Assembly (NCBI GenBank): GCA_963668315.1
Contig: OY764216.1
Location: 3,296,001 to 3,360,000 of the forward strand
Direction of reading: 5' to 3'
From: Spirochaetia bacterium
Lineage (GTDB): Bacteria; Spirochaetota; Spirochaetia; DSM-2461
Length of the DNA stretch: 64,000 nt
Positions within the stretch are counted from its first letter, which is position 1; each line of letters opens with the position of its first letter. Positions 11,944 through 23,284 of the stretch are shown one piece after another. Below the pieces are notes generated by a model that was not told the DNA's origin, made no database searches, and saw nothing but the letters and a program-made list of their open reading frames with translations. The position numbers were made by a program, and so were the translations under genes.

Positions 11944-13291
11944 GATAGTGTCCAGCCATGTTCGCAACTTTCCTTTCAAGAAGCCATCAAAATTCCCCAT
12001 TAGGCAGCCTGACCTAATTTAATTCTTTGTTCATCAATCGATTTCTCACTGATATACCGTTTTCCCGAAGCCCAGTCTTCTGAGTATTCAATCAGGTAAC
12101 AACAGACTAGTCTAAGGTAGGAGTCAATACTGGGAAAGATTCCCACAACACGAGATCGTCTACGGATTTCCCGATTCAATCGTTCCAGTTGATTGGTAGA
12201 AGCAGTTTTCCGGCTGTCTATTTCTGAGAATTCATAATACTGAAGAGAGTCTTCTAATCCGTCTTCAAGACAAGTCATGGACTTCGGAAATTGTTCTTCA
12301 AATTCCTCTATAATTCGGTATGCATATTCACGGGCCGATTGGGAGTTCGGTTGATTCCAAATCTGCTTAATTCTGCCGGCAACAGCTTCTTTATCCCTGG
12401 CAGGAAGATGGGACAGGATGTTCCTCATAAAATGGATTTTACAGCGTTGCCAGGAGCAACCGATGAGTTCCTTTCTTATGGCGGCTTGAAGTCCCAGATG
12501 GGCATCAGAGACACAGAGCCAGGCATTTTTAAATCCTCTTGCTTTAAGAGACCTGAACAGTTCGGTATAAGTGCTTTCTGATTCTTCCTGCATTGGTTCA
12601 ACAGCAAGGATTTCTTTGAATCCTTGTGAATTAACACCAGATACAACCATCACAGCCATATTTCTCACTCTTCCGTTATACCGGATCTTTTCATAGAGGG
12701 CATCAACCCAGATGACAGGATATTCTGAATCAAGAGATCGATAGCGGAATTCATCTACCTGTTCATCAAGTCCCTTATTGATTTCAGAGACCTGGCTGGC
12801 TGAAATATTTTCAATGCCCAGACTCATAGCCAATTTCTCAATCTTTCTGGTTGAAACACCGTTGATAAATGCTTCCTGGACAACCTGAATCAGAGCTTGC
12901 TCGGATCTCTTCTTTTCTGTTACAAAGAAGGGAATATATCCGCCTTTTCTGAGCTTGGGGACAAGGAGATACAGTGTTCCAAGACGAGTATCAAATCGGC
13001 GTGGTCGATATCCAGAAAAATGGGTGGATCTTCCCGTAGAATGAGACCCCTTTTGAGCTCCTACTTTATTCGCCGCTTCTATTTCCATAAGCTTTTCCAG
13101 TAGCCATTTCAATAAGCTGAAAATGGGATCCGGTTCCGAAATGAATTGGAGTAGCATTTTTTCCAGATTACCATTATCATTTTCCTTAGCCATCGTTTTC
13201 TTCCTCCATGGTTTTAGTTGTGCATTACCATTCTGGAGAATTCGATGGCTTCTTTCAATAATTAAAATTGCGAACTTGATTGTACGCTATC
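11944..13291 (-). mobile_element. IS256-family element A copy 1 (transposase 12000..13193)
   Basis: 1348 bp, GATAG...CTATC ends, VDALYEK / SDAHLGL / WQRCKIHF motifs; own flanks differ (AATGTCAG / ACTCCAGA). Confidence 0.95.
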
Positions 13292-14056
13292 ACTCCAGAT
13301 CAAATAGTTCAGTTATATAATGATGATAAAGATCATTTCTTACATATTTTAGATAACTTATTTGTCCCTATTTTAGAAGAACTTGAGTATGAAGTCATAA
13401 AACCAATCGCCGAAGGTTCAGAAATAATTCATACTAGAATTATCAATAATTTGATTGAATCAGATTTAGTTTTTTGTGATATGTCTATTTTAAACCCTAA
13501 TGTTTTTTATGAATTAGGGATAAGAACGGCAATTAATAAAAAGGTATGCATTGTAAAGGATGATAAAACCATCAAAATCCCATTTGATACAAGTTTGATA
13601 AATATTTTTACCTATGATTCAATGTTGTCCCACTGGAAAATGGACGAAATCAAGAAGACTTTAAAAGATCATATAATTGCAACAGAAAAGCATACATCAA
13701 ATGCGTTATGGGATATTTTTGGTTCAAAGACACAGAAATTATTAAATTCTGCAGTAGATAATATAAAAAATAAGAATGAAACAGATCCGAATGATCAAAT
13801 AGATCAAGTTAGAGATGGAAAAGAAAATATAGAAGTTGAAATTAAGAAAGAAAAAACAGAAAAAAGAGCTACAGTTTTCCGGGCAAAAGCTCATAAATGT
13901 ACGAGCTGTGGATATAGCTTCTTACTTGATGATAATGACTTTATAATGGCCTCAGCACTTCGAGTTTCAATTTCTGGATTATATAGTCCTATGACTGATA
14001 TTCCTGAATCCAATGTTGTTCGTTGTCCTAAATGTGACAATATTGATGTACTATAA
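13292..14056 (+). pseudogene. 3' part of a cassette gene (nucleoside 2-deoxyribosyltransferase-like fold + C-terminal Zn ribbon); 5' end at 53984..54030
   Basis: SDLVFCDMSILNPNVFYELGIR, IPFD, CTSC...CPKC; joins MKEKTCFIIMPIT-TPDQ in frame. Confidence 0.8.
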
Positions 14057-14058
14057 CC

Positions 14059-14156
14059 GTATAACAATCGCTTGAAGCAGTCAGCCCTATCGTCATGCTT
14101 TTTGCGAGGCAAAAATCACGCCGATGTACGGTCTGCAGCTTAAGCGGGCGTTATGT
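14059..14156 (+). other. attC site
   Basis: GTATAAC ... GTTATGT cores with an imperfect internal palindrome. Confidence 0.85.
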
Positions 14157-14215
14157 TTACAAGAGAAAAATTTAAGAATATAATATCGGATAGGATGAAA
14201 TAAGGAGTATCCGAT

Positions 14216-15160
14216 ATGAATGAAAAAATACTAAAGAGCATCATCGGAAAGAAAAAAGAACTCGATAAATATCGTCCCTTAAGTCCATCAATCTCAAGAA
14301 AATTAAAAGAAGAACTAGAACTTGAATGGACATATAATTCCAATGCAATAGAAGGAAATACTTTAACTCTCCAGGAAACACAAATTGTACTGAATTACGG
14401 AATGACAATAGGTGGAAAATCCGTAAATGAGCATCTCGAAGCTATTAATCATAAAAAAGGAATAGAATTAATAGAAGAGATAATACAAAAGAAAAAAGAT
14501 CTAGATGAATCATTAATCAAAGAACTACATTATTTAATATTAAAAGGAATTGATGATAGAGAAGCAGGACATTATCGAACGCAAAATGTAAGGATTATGG
14601 GAGCTTATTTATTTCCGCCTCAGGCCATAAAAGTCGAAAAGAAAATGGAAGAATTGATGTCCTGGTATTATGAAAATAAATTTAAGATGGAAATTCCAAT
14701 TTTAGCTGCCGAAATGCATTATCGATTTGTCTGTATTCATCCTTTTATTGATGGAAATGGAAGAGTTTCCCGATTAATCATGAATATGATATTAATGTCA
14801 AACGGATTTCCGCCTGCCATAATATTAAAAGTGGATAGAAGAAAATATTATCGAGTATTGAATGATGCTAATCAAGGAAAAGAAGATTCATTCATTAATT
14901 TCATAGGAAAATCTATAGAAAGAAGTCTTATCATATATTTGAATAGTGTAAAAGAAAATAAATCAGAAAGAGAAGGATTTATCAATTTACGAGAAGCAGC
15001 CAAATATTGTGATTACTCCCAGGAATATTTATCTCTATTAGCAAGAAAAGGAAGAATCTCGGCCATAAAACTTAATAAAGAATGGGTAACAACTCGAGAA
15101 GCCATTGAAGAATATCAAGAGCAGATGAATAAGAAAAACAATAAGAAAATCCAAAAATAA
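14216..15160 (+). CDS. Fic family protein with C-terminal HTH (cassette)
   Basis: HPFIDGNGRVSR, SNAIEGN; C-terminal LREAAKYCDYSQEYLSLLAR. Confidence 0.9.
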   Translation: MNEKILKSIIGKKKELDKYRPLSPSISRKLKEELELEWTYNSNAIEGNTLTLQETQIVLNYGMTIGGKSVNEHLEAINHKKGIELIEEIIQKKKDLDESLIKELHYLILKGIDDREAGHYRTQNVRIMGAYLFPPQAIKVEKKMEELMSWYYENKFKMEIPILAAEMHYRFVCIHPFIDGNGRVSRLIMNMILMSNGFPPAIILKVDRRKYYRVLNDANQGKEDSFINFIGKSIERSLIIYLNSVKENKSEREGFINLREAAKYCDYSQEYLSLLARKGRISAIKLNKEWVTTREAIEEYQEQMNKKNNKKIQK

Positions 15161-15362
15161 AGAAAAAGAGTAAGAATAGAATAACTTCCGAAATGTCCAT
15201 TGAATATACTATAATGAGCACAGAAATTAATGGAAAATACTTGTTGAAAATATATTAAATAATCTATAAATACTTGTTTGATAATAGTATATAATGTATT
15301 CTCTTGTAGATGTTTAATGAATATATATATCATATATAAGAAATATTTAGGATGTAAACTTA

Positions 15363-16148
15363 TTGAAAATTACTAGATATATAACATACTTTATTATATT
15401 TGTTGTTATAACGATTTGTTTTTACTTATATGACTATCATTATTATAATTCATTAGTACAAACACTGAGTAATCACGTGGAATTTTGGGGTGTAATTACA
15501 AACGTTAATAGTGAAGAATCAGATGGAAGGAACAATAAGGTATTAACAACTATATCTTATGAATATAATGGAAAAAATGATTACATCAGTTTTTCATTTA
15601 ATTCTTTTCTAAGTAGATATCATTTATTATATGTTCCTGATTATAAAACTGGTTATAAATTAGTCATATATGAAAATAATGAAATCAATTTTTCAATTCC
15701 AGAACCATTTATTAAGACAAAAAAAATTGAAATTTTACGGAATTATATTAGTATTGTTTTCTTTCTAATGATAATTTCAATGATCATCACAAGAAGGATA
15801 AACTTAGAAATTGATAAGAAAATTCTTGGAGATAGAATTGAGATATATTATCAAACAAAAGCATTTATAATTAAAAAAATAAAAACTATAGACTTAATTT
15901 ACCTTAAGAATGAATTGTATCAAATAGTTGATTTCTCAAAACTCGAATCAAATAATTTTCTCTGTTATGGAATAAGAAATCTTTCTTTGAAGGTTGAACT
16001 ATATAAAGAAAAAGAAAAATACTTGATTTCAAAATCAGATGCAGATGAAGTTATTCAAGAGTACATTATTATTGATTCAAAAGAAAAATACATTGAGATA
16101 TTAATTAATGTTTTTAAAGGGGACTATGTCTTTAATCGTAAAACATAA
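15363..16148 (+). CDS. Hypothetical membrane protein (second ORF of the cassette)
   Basis: Two hydrophobic segments; stop codon lies inside the attC R'' box. Confidence 0.6.
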   Translation: MKITRYITYFIIFVVITICFYLYDYHYYNSLVQTLSNHVEFWGVITNVNSEESDGRNNKVLTTISYEYNGKNDYISFSFNSFLSRYHLLYVPDYKTGYKLVIYENNEINFSIPEPFIKTKKIEILRNYISIVFFLMIISMIITRRINLEIDKKILGDRIEIYYQTKAFIIKKIKTIDLIYLKNELYQIVDFSKLESNNFLCYGIRNLSLKVELYKEKEKYLISKSDADEVIQEYIIIDSKEKYIEILINVFKGDYVFNRKT

Positions 16149-16244
16149 CAAACATTTGAACGTTGACAGCCCTACTGATCACGGTTTCTGCTTACGCACA
16201 AACCGCGCCAGCTTAACGGTCTGCAAGTTAAATGGGCTTTCTAA
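16143..16244 (+). other. attC site with mutated R' (TTTCTAA)
   Basis: ACATAAC complements GTTATGT at 14150; the expected GTT reads TTT. Confidence 0.8.
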
Positions 16245-16280
16245 AGAATAAAGGTAAGAGTTAAAATAAAAGGGGGAAAT

Positions 16281-17969
16281 ATGAGTATAATTCATATAAA
16301 TCAAATAAAATCATATCTGGAAAATAATGTTTTTGATAAAATTGATATCACGGATTTAGGTGAAAATCTTTCCCCAGAAGATAAGAAAAAACAATTACTA
16401 ACAAGAAGTTTGTCAGCGTATTGTATACAGTGCCTTGTTGATGAACCAATTGAAAAAATAACAAAATATGTAATTGATGGTTCAATGGATAATGGGATTG
16501 ATTGTATTTTTTATAGTGATACATCAAATATACTATATATTTCTCAAGCCAAATGGCACGATAGTGGTAATAAGACAATAGATAAAGGCGAAATACAAAA
16601 ATTTATTAAAGGAATTAAAGATCTTCTTAATAGTCGGTACGATAAATTTAATGAGAAATTACAGTCTTTTAAGAAAACAATTGATGCGGCACTTCAACAT
16701 CCTAATACAAATATAAAGCTACTAATTTCATATTCTACTACAAATGATTTACCTGAAGAATTGCATGAGGATATTCAAGACTTTTTAATTGAAATGAATG
16801 ATACATCTGAAGTAATAAGCTATGAGGTTTTAAACCAATCTTTTCTACACCGTTCAATTGTTAGGGGAACAGATACATCTCCAATCAATGAAGAACTAAT
16901 ACTAGAAAATTGGGGATATATCTCAGAACCATATGAAGCTTATTATGGAATTATAAATGCTTCTATTCTATCTCGGATATATGAAAAATATGAAAGAAAA
17001 TTATTTGTACCAAATATTAGATCGTTCCTAACTGATAGCGAAATTAATACAAGTATTGAAGAGACTATAAATTCAAATCCAGAATCATTCTTCTATTTTA
17101 ATAATGGCATCACTTTCACGACTGAAAGTATTACAAAGAAATTAACAAGTGGGACAAATCGAAATACAGGTATTTTTGATTGTATAAATCTTTCAATAAT
17201 TAATGGTGCACAAACTGTTGGTTCAATTGCTAGAGCAGGTAAAAAAGATCCTAGAAATCTTGATAATACAAATGTTTTAGTTAAAATCATATCACTAAAG
17301 GATGCTAAGGATGATTTTCAGTCTAAAGTTACAAAAGCTGCAAATACTCAAAATACAGTAGGAAGTAGAGATTTTATTACTCAAGATCCAGAGCAAGAGA
17401 GATTAAAATTAGAATTACAGATTGAAGGAATTTATTATTCATATAAGAGAGGGGACCTTTTTTCAAGCGAAAGCATTGGGTTTGATTTTGAAGAAGCAAT
17501 TTCAACCCTTTCTAATTATAAAGGTGATATAAAATTAGTAACCCAGGCAAAACGAGAATTAGGAGTTCTGTGGAAAGATGTCACGAAGGCTCCTTATAAA
17601 ATTTTATTCAACCCAACGCTATCAAGTATTGAACTCTGGAATATTGTCCAGATACAAAGAAAGATTGATAAATTATTAGAAGAAAAAAGAAATGATGCTG
17701 TTGAAAAGAATGCTTTATTTCTCATCCATGGAAATAAATTTCTGAGTTTCTTAACTATTGAAAATATAATTTCTGAGAATAATATTAAAAAGGAATTTAT
17801 AGATATTGAAACATTAAATGAAAAAATAATGATAAGTCTTGATGATTCGATTTCCCGATTATATATTTCCGTGGAAAAGATTTATCCAGATGATTATTTA
17901 GGAAATTTATTCAAAACAGTTTCAAAGTGTCAAACTTTATATGAAGATATAAATGAGAAAAATCTTTAG
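16281..17969 (+). CDS. AIPR family protein (cassette)
   Basis: DNGIDC, QAKW, NIRSFL, FFYFNNGIT, IINGAQT, NTQN. Confidence 0.88.
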   Translation: MSIIHINQIKSYLENNVFDKIDITDLGENLSPEDKKKQLLTRSLSAYCIQCLVDEPIEKITKYVIDGSMDNGIDCIFYSDTSNILYISQAKWHDSGNKTIDKGEIQKFIKGIKDLLNSRYDKFNEKLQSFKKTIDAALQHPNTNIKLLISYSTTNDLPEELHEDIQDFLIEMNDTSEVISYEVLNQSFLHRSIVRGTDTSPINEELILENWGYISEPYEAYYGIINASILSRIYEKYERKLFVPNIRSFLTDSEINTSIEETINSNPESFFYFNNGITFTTESITKKLTSGTNRNTGIFDCINLSIINGAQTVGSIARAGKKDPRNLDNTNVLVKIISLKDAKDDFQSKVTKAANTQNTVGSRDFITQDPEQERLKLELQIEGIYYSYKRGDLFSSESIGFDFEEAISTLSNYKGDIKLVTQAKRELGVLWKDVTKAPYKILFNPTLSSIELWNIVQIQRKIDKLLEEKRNDAVEKNALFLIHGNKFLSFLTIENIISENNIKKEFIDIETLNEKIMISLDDSISRLYISVEKIYPDDYLGNLFKTVSKCQTLYEDINEKNL

Positions 17970-18074
17970 AACAATAAAATGCACCTGACAGCCCTACTGT
18001 CACAAATACTGCTTAACGCTTCGCGGCAGTATTTGCGCCAGCTTCACGGTCTGCAGGTGATTTTGGCGTTAGCC
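17966..18074 (+). other. attC site
   Basis: TTAGAAC ... GTTAGCC with palindromic arms. Confidence 0.85.
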
Positions 18075-18125
18075 ATATTCAAGAAAAGGGTTGATGATAC
18101 TATCAAATGATACTATCATGATAAA

Positions 18126-19088
18126 ATGAAACCACCATATGATATTACCCCGACAATACTCGAACTCTATGGAAAAATAACTGAAGCATTAGGAATATGC
18201 CAAAGTTTGATGCTTGTAAAACCAGAAGCAAAATTAAGACGACAAAATAGAATCAAGACCATTCAATCATCCCTTTCCATCGAAGGAAATACTCTCAATA
18301 TAGAAAATGTAACGGCAATTTTAAATAATAAAAGAATAATTGGACCAGAAAAAGATATTCTTGAAGTACATAATGCGATTTCCGCCTATGAATTATTAAC
18401 CAATTTGAATAAAAATAAAGAGAATGATTTTTTAAAGGCTCATAAGTTATTGATGGATAAACTAGTAAAAAATCCAGGACAATATAGAAGAGTACAAGTT
18501 GGAATTATGAGAGGCGAAAATGTCACTCACGTCGCGCCTGGACCAGATATGGTTCCTAGTTTAATGAAAGATCTATTTCAATATTTAAAGAATGATAAGG
18601 ATCTTGAGATCATTAAAAGCTGTGTATTTCATTATGAAATGGAATTTATCCATCCATTTGAAGATGGTAACGGAAGAATGGGAAGATTTTGGCAAACAAG
18701 AATATTAATGAGTGTAAATCCAATCTTTGAATTTGTTCCGATTGAAGAATTAATAAAGAATAATCAAAAAGAATATTATGAAGCATTGTCGCAAAGCGAC
18801 AATACAGGAAAATCGACGATATTCATAGAATTTATGTTAAATGTCATAAATCAATCATTACGTGATACAATAAAAGAATCAAAACCACAAAATCCAAAAT
18901 TTAAAAAAAGATCAGCAATTGCTTTATCAAAATTAGATGATTGGTTTGATAGAAAAGAATATATGGAAATGTGTCATGGGATTTCCACGGCAACAGCAAG
19001 TAGAGATTTAAAACAATTATTAGAAGAAAAAAGAATTGAAGAAAGAGGGAAGGGGAGGATGACCCAGTACCGTAGAAGAAATGGCTAA
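18126..19088 (+). CDS. Fic family protein with C-terminal HTH (cassette)
   Basis: HPFEDGNGRMGR, SLSIEGN, ISTATASRDLKQL. Confidence 0.9.
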   Translation: MKPPYDITPTILELYGKITEALGICQSLMLVKPEAKLRRQNRIKTIQSSLSIEGNTLNIENVTAILNNKRIIGPEKDILEVHNAISAYELLTNLNKNKENDFLKAHKLLMDKLVKNPGQYRRVQVGIMRGENVTHVAPGPDMVPSLMKDLFQYLKNDKDLEIIKSCVFHYEMEFIHPFEDGNGRMGRFWQTRILMSVNPIFEFVPIEELIKNNQKEYYEALSQSDNTGKSTIFIEFMLNVINQSLRDTIKESKPQNPKFKKRSAIALSKLDDWFDRKEYMEMCHGISTATASRDLKQLLEEKRIEERGKGRMTQYRRRNG

Positions 19089-19191
19089 CAAGCATTTGAA
19101 ACTGACAAATCTTTTTGTCATGCAAATTGCGTTTCGCAATTTACACGCCAAACCCTGCGGGACAGATTTGCAGCTTAAATGGGCGTTATCT
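19083..19191 (+). other. attC site
   Basis: GGCTAAC ... GTTATCT; closely similar to attC at 47450 and 48684. Confidence 0.88.
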
Positions 19192-19240
19192 ATACAAAAG
19201 GTAACAACCATAGACCAACCCTACAATTAGAGAAGGACAT

Positions 19241-20518
19241 TATGCTGAGCCCACAGGGTAAACCAGTACTTTAAATATTTAAGTTGGAATTCCCGATTCA
19301 TGATAATATGAAAAGGGAGAAAATCAATGAAGAGAAAATTCGATGAAGAGTTCAAAGCGAAAGTAGCACTGGAAGCGTTAAAGGAAGAAAAAACTCTTCA
19401 GGAACTGGCTGAGGAATATGAAGTACATCCGAACCAGATCAGTATGTGGAAAAAACAGCTTATGGAAAATGCCAGTTCCCTCTTTGTCCGAAAGAATAAA
19501 AAAGACAAAGAACTGGAAGAAATGAAGAAAAAAGAGCAGGAACTTTTCAAGCAGCTGGGTGAAGCTAATTATGTGAACGAATTTCTAAAAAAAAAGTACA
19601 AACAACTATACGGGAAGGATTACAAATGATAGAGCCGGATCATAGGAAATTGTCTGTCCGGAAGCAATGTAAAATTCTCAATGTCAGCAGGACGGCTTAT
19701 TACTATGATCCCAAACCGGAAGATCGGAAAGATATAGAAGAGAAGATTCGCCTTAAAGAACTTTTCATTCAGATCCCATTCTATGGTTATCGAAAAATGG
19801 CTGAGGAATTGAATTCAGAAGGCTATAATACAAGCAGAAAGCGAGTTCGCCGTCTTATGAGAGAATTAGGCTTACGGGCTATTTCTCCCAGAAAATTTAC
19901 CTCTATCCCCAATAAGCAGAATCCCATCTATCCTTATCTTTTAAAGGGAAAAAGAATCCGCTATCCCAATCAGGTTTGGGCCACTGATATCACCTATCTT
20001 AAAATGGATAAGGGATTTGCCTACCTTGTAGCCATAATGGACGTCTGGAGCCGTAAGGTATTAACCTGGAAGATCTCTACTACTTTGGATTCTGAGTTCT
20101 GTATCGCCGCCGTAAAGGAAGCTATGGATAAATATGGAACGCCGGCGATCTTTAATACGGATCAGGGGTGTCAATTTACTTCATATGCTTTTTTGAAACC
20201 GCTCCAGGAAGCGGGAGTCAGAATCAGTATGGATGGTCAGGGAAGCTGGCGTGACAACATCTATGTGGAACGTCTTTGGCGTAGTTTAAAATACGAGGAT
20301 ATCTATCTCCGATCCTATGAGAATGTCCGGGAGTTGAAGAAAGGGATACAGAAATACTTTCGCTTCTACAACGGGAAAAGATTTCATCAGGGGCTTGGTT
20401 ATTTAACTCCTGATGATGTTTATGAGTCCTTCCAGATTGGGAAGGATCAGGCAGCTTGATATCGGAGGATTCCACTTATTAATTTTGAAAAAGTGGTTTG
20501 ACACGAGGGCTCATCATA
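19241..20518 (+). mobile_element. IS3-family element A, complete (orfA 19327..19629, orfB 19626..20459)
   Basis: 1278 bp, IRs TATG(C/A)TGAGCCC, A-run frameshift motif, WATDITY / NTDQG / ERLWRSLKYE. Confidence 0.93.
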
Positions 20519-21320
20519 GATGGGTGGATTGCAAGGACGCTTTCCTGATCAAATATATAGGAAACTATTTCAATCTACATTAAATATATCAGTCTCTAAT
20601 GGAACTACAAACCAAACAGATAACTTTGTAAAGAAAATATTTCGCAATGCACTTCAAGACGAAGGTATTTATGATACTAGAAATACTTCTAATTCATGTA
20701 ATCTATGGGTGAATAAGGCTAAGGCAAATCCATGGTATCTAAAAAAAACAGTTTGTCGATTTGCCTTATTCATTTCATTTAATGATGCAGCACCAGATTT
20801 AACACAAACGAATGAAGGACTTTTTACTAATGGTATGGCTAATTCAGCTAATATGCTCAATTGTCAATCATGGCATTCAAGTGATTTTGAAGTTATTGAG
20901 CATGTAGCAACACGAGATCAACCAAGTGTAACTAAGTTTCCTACTCATTTCGATACTTCTATATATCCAGGAAATACCTCGGTCGTGGATAAAATTGGAA
21001 ATCTCACGTTATTATCTACACCAGTAAACTCTTCTATCTTTTCTGAATGGCCAGATAAGGTCTTTTATTATTGGAGTTTGACTATGCCACAAAATACGGT
21101 AACGGGACCAATCGGTGCTACACTACAGTCCTCATTAGGTATCACAAACCTTCCACCAAGTCTCTCCACTCTTACTGCAGCTTCTAATTATTTACCTCAC
21201 TTGGCTCCTTTAGCTTTTCGGGGAGTAAAAGGGTTGAAATGGGACTCTGCATTTATTGACAGACGTTCTGAGCACTTATGTGAAAGAGTATTTAATGAGA
21301 TGGATAATTGGCTGAAATGA
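20519..21320 (+). pseudogene. sspE: SspE 3' part (HNH/DUF1524-like)
   Basis: IEHV, IGNLTLL..PVNS; in frame with 9959..11496. Confidence 0.82.
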
Positions 21321-21430
21321 GATAGCTGTTGAATAATTATTTACGAGAAAGTTAACTTTGACAGATATGGTATTTCCTGTAGAATTACATAATGTGATAA
21401 TCTAAAGAGGTCATTATGAAAATTATAGTA

Positions 21431-23248
21431 CTATTCATTTTGGTGCTTGAAATACCAGACCCTTTGACTGCTTAGTTCTATCTTAATCCGCCAGAATTCC
21501 CCCGGCTTTAAGTCGGGGGAATCATGAATAAAGAATGTCACTTTTCCAGACAATTTATGGATTTTGATTTCATCAACTTCATTTATATCACCATAAAGCA
21601 AACCGGCCACTCCAACATACATTCGTAATACGGGATCAAGCGAATCTAATTCATCACGTTTTAGATATAATGCCTGATCATCTAGCGTTCCAATCCTTTT
21701 ATCTTGATTAATGACTACACAGCGCTCTTCAATTTCTCTTGAATCGCCTATTTTAAATAGTTCTGTTAATGATTCTTGTTGACCCGCTTTATAGGATCCA
21801 AAAAAGGTTTTCATGTCTTTTTGAAGATTTATGCTTAACTGAGTAAAAGGTACTTTCTTTTTAAAATTGGCTAACCCTAAATAGACAATAAGGTCTTCTC
21901 TTCTATTTATATAAGCTTGCTGTAAGCTTTCCTGGCCATAGCGCTCGATAAACCATTCCTGCAATCTTCGACCATTGAGTTTTATGTTATCTTTGAGATC
22001 TCTACCTTCAGGATATTCCTTATCGCTTGGTTCTCTTCCCAGAAAGAGAAGCTGTTCCCAATAAGCTTCCAAAGATTCTTTAAATTGTTGATACAGAAGA
22101 TCCTTTTTAACTGCATCTCTTGCGTCTTTTGATGGATAAATATGAAGGTTAAGTTGGTTCCAATTTACCTTTCTTCTTTGTCTTGTAGAAAGAAAATCCT
22201 GAGCATCCTGTTCATTGGGAAATAAGAAGAAAATCCCTGGTGATACGGCATGGGCGGAATGATTCAGAACTTCTTCAATAAGATCTTGCACTTCTTCATG
22301 TTTAAAGTATTTTTGGAATGTCCCTCGACTTGTGAGGAAGCCATCACGATAGGGACGGATATCTTTCGCTGTAGGAGCCGTATCTGTAACAACCGCAATG
22401 CATAGGATCTTATTCGTTAATGAGAAGGCTTTTTGAATAGCCTCTATGCGTTCTGAGGGATCTTCAATAACATTTAGTACAAACCCTAGATTAACAACAT
22501 CAGATTTAATGAGAGGCGTTTTTGGGGCATAGACCGGATCCCAACCTATTGCCTGGTATCCATTATAATCTAGGGCTCTTACATCATCTCCAAGACCGCA
22601 GCCGTAATCTAAAAATGATTGATTCTTACAGAGTAGATTGTGTTTTAGGAGTAACTGTAAAGGCCTAGAAAAATCTGATCTTGACATAGCTGTTTTATGT
22701 CTATCAATTATTTCTTTCTGTTTTACTTCTTTTTTGGGGGCTGAAAATCCTTCTATTAGAGTATGTCCCTGATATACTAATCCTTTTTCTGCAAGAAGCT
22801 CATCCCAGAATTTTTTGAAACCAATTTTCTTCGATTGAGCATAACAGTCATATTCCTCTAGTTTTTTTGTAAGTTCTAACCATTCTGAATATTCTGATCT
22901 TGACGGTGAAATCATCGTCTCTTTTCGATGGAGTATAGGTGGGTTTTCCTGTTTAGAGTAATCTATCGTTCGGTTTTTTCCTGTACTTAAATCAATGGTA
23001 TAGGATTTCTTTAGTGAAGGGTGAGGATCGCTAAAAAAATCCGGATAATTTAAGAAGGAGACTTTAAACTGGTCAAAGAAGAATTTTATTAGCGTTGTTT
23101 CATTCGGCTGTCCTATAGGTTCAAGAAGTTGAGTAAGAAGGGGAGACTCATTACAAAGGTCGGGCCATAGGATGTATAGGTTTTTACCGACTTTCTTCCC
23201 GAAGGGGAGAGATTTTACTGCAGAGAGATAATCTTCAAAGGAGAGCAT
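21431..23248 (-). CDS. DNA phosphorothioation-associated putative methyltransferase
   Basis: RHKTAMSR, LDYGCGLGDD, DVVNLGFVLNVIEDP, GTFQKYF, NPPILHRKE; adjacent to the ssp locus. Confidence 0.82.
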   Translation of the reverse strand: MLSFEDYLSAVKSLPFGKKVGKNLYILWPDLCNESPLLTQLLEPIGQPNETTLIKFFFDQFKVSFLNYPDFFSDPHPSLKKSYTIDLSTGKNRTIDYSKQENPPILHRKETMISPSRSEYSEWLELTKKLEEYDCYAQSKKIGFKKFWDELLAEKGLVYQGHTLIEGFSAPKKEVKQKEIIDRHKTAMSRSDFSRPLQLLLKHNLLCKNQSFLDYGCGLGDDVRALDYNGYQAIGWDPVYAPKTPLIKSDVVNLGFVLNVIEDPSERIEAIQKAFSLTNKILCIAVVTDTAPTAKDIRPYRDGFLTSRGTFQKYFKHEEVQDLIEEVLNHSAHAVSPGIFFLFPNEQDAQDFLSTRQRRKVNWNQLNLHIYPSKDARDAVKKDLLYQQFKESLEAYWEQLLFLGREPSDKEYPEGRDLKDNIKLNGRRLQEWFIERYGQESLQQAYINRREDLIVYLGLANFKKKVPFTQLSINLQKDMKTFFGSYKAGQQESLTELFKIGDSREIEERCVVINQDKRIGTLDDQALYLKRDELDSLDPVLRMYVGVAGLLYGDINEVDEIKIHKLSGKVTFFIHDSPDLKPGEFWRIKIELSSQRVWYFKHQNE

Positions 23249-23284
23249 GATTAATTTTATATCTTAGTAGTTGATTTGTGAAGA

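Larger units (their letters stand above)
11497..20518. mobile_element. IS3-bounded composite insert carrying IS256 and integron cassettes
   Basis: Begins TATGCTGAGCCC, ends GGGCTCATCATA; GAT duplicated at 11494-11496 and 20519-20521. Confidence 0.85.

Noticed and set aside
13280..14056. 258-aa ORF with its own start
   Set aside because: The TTG lies in the IS256 end; the real start is at 53984
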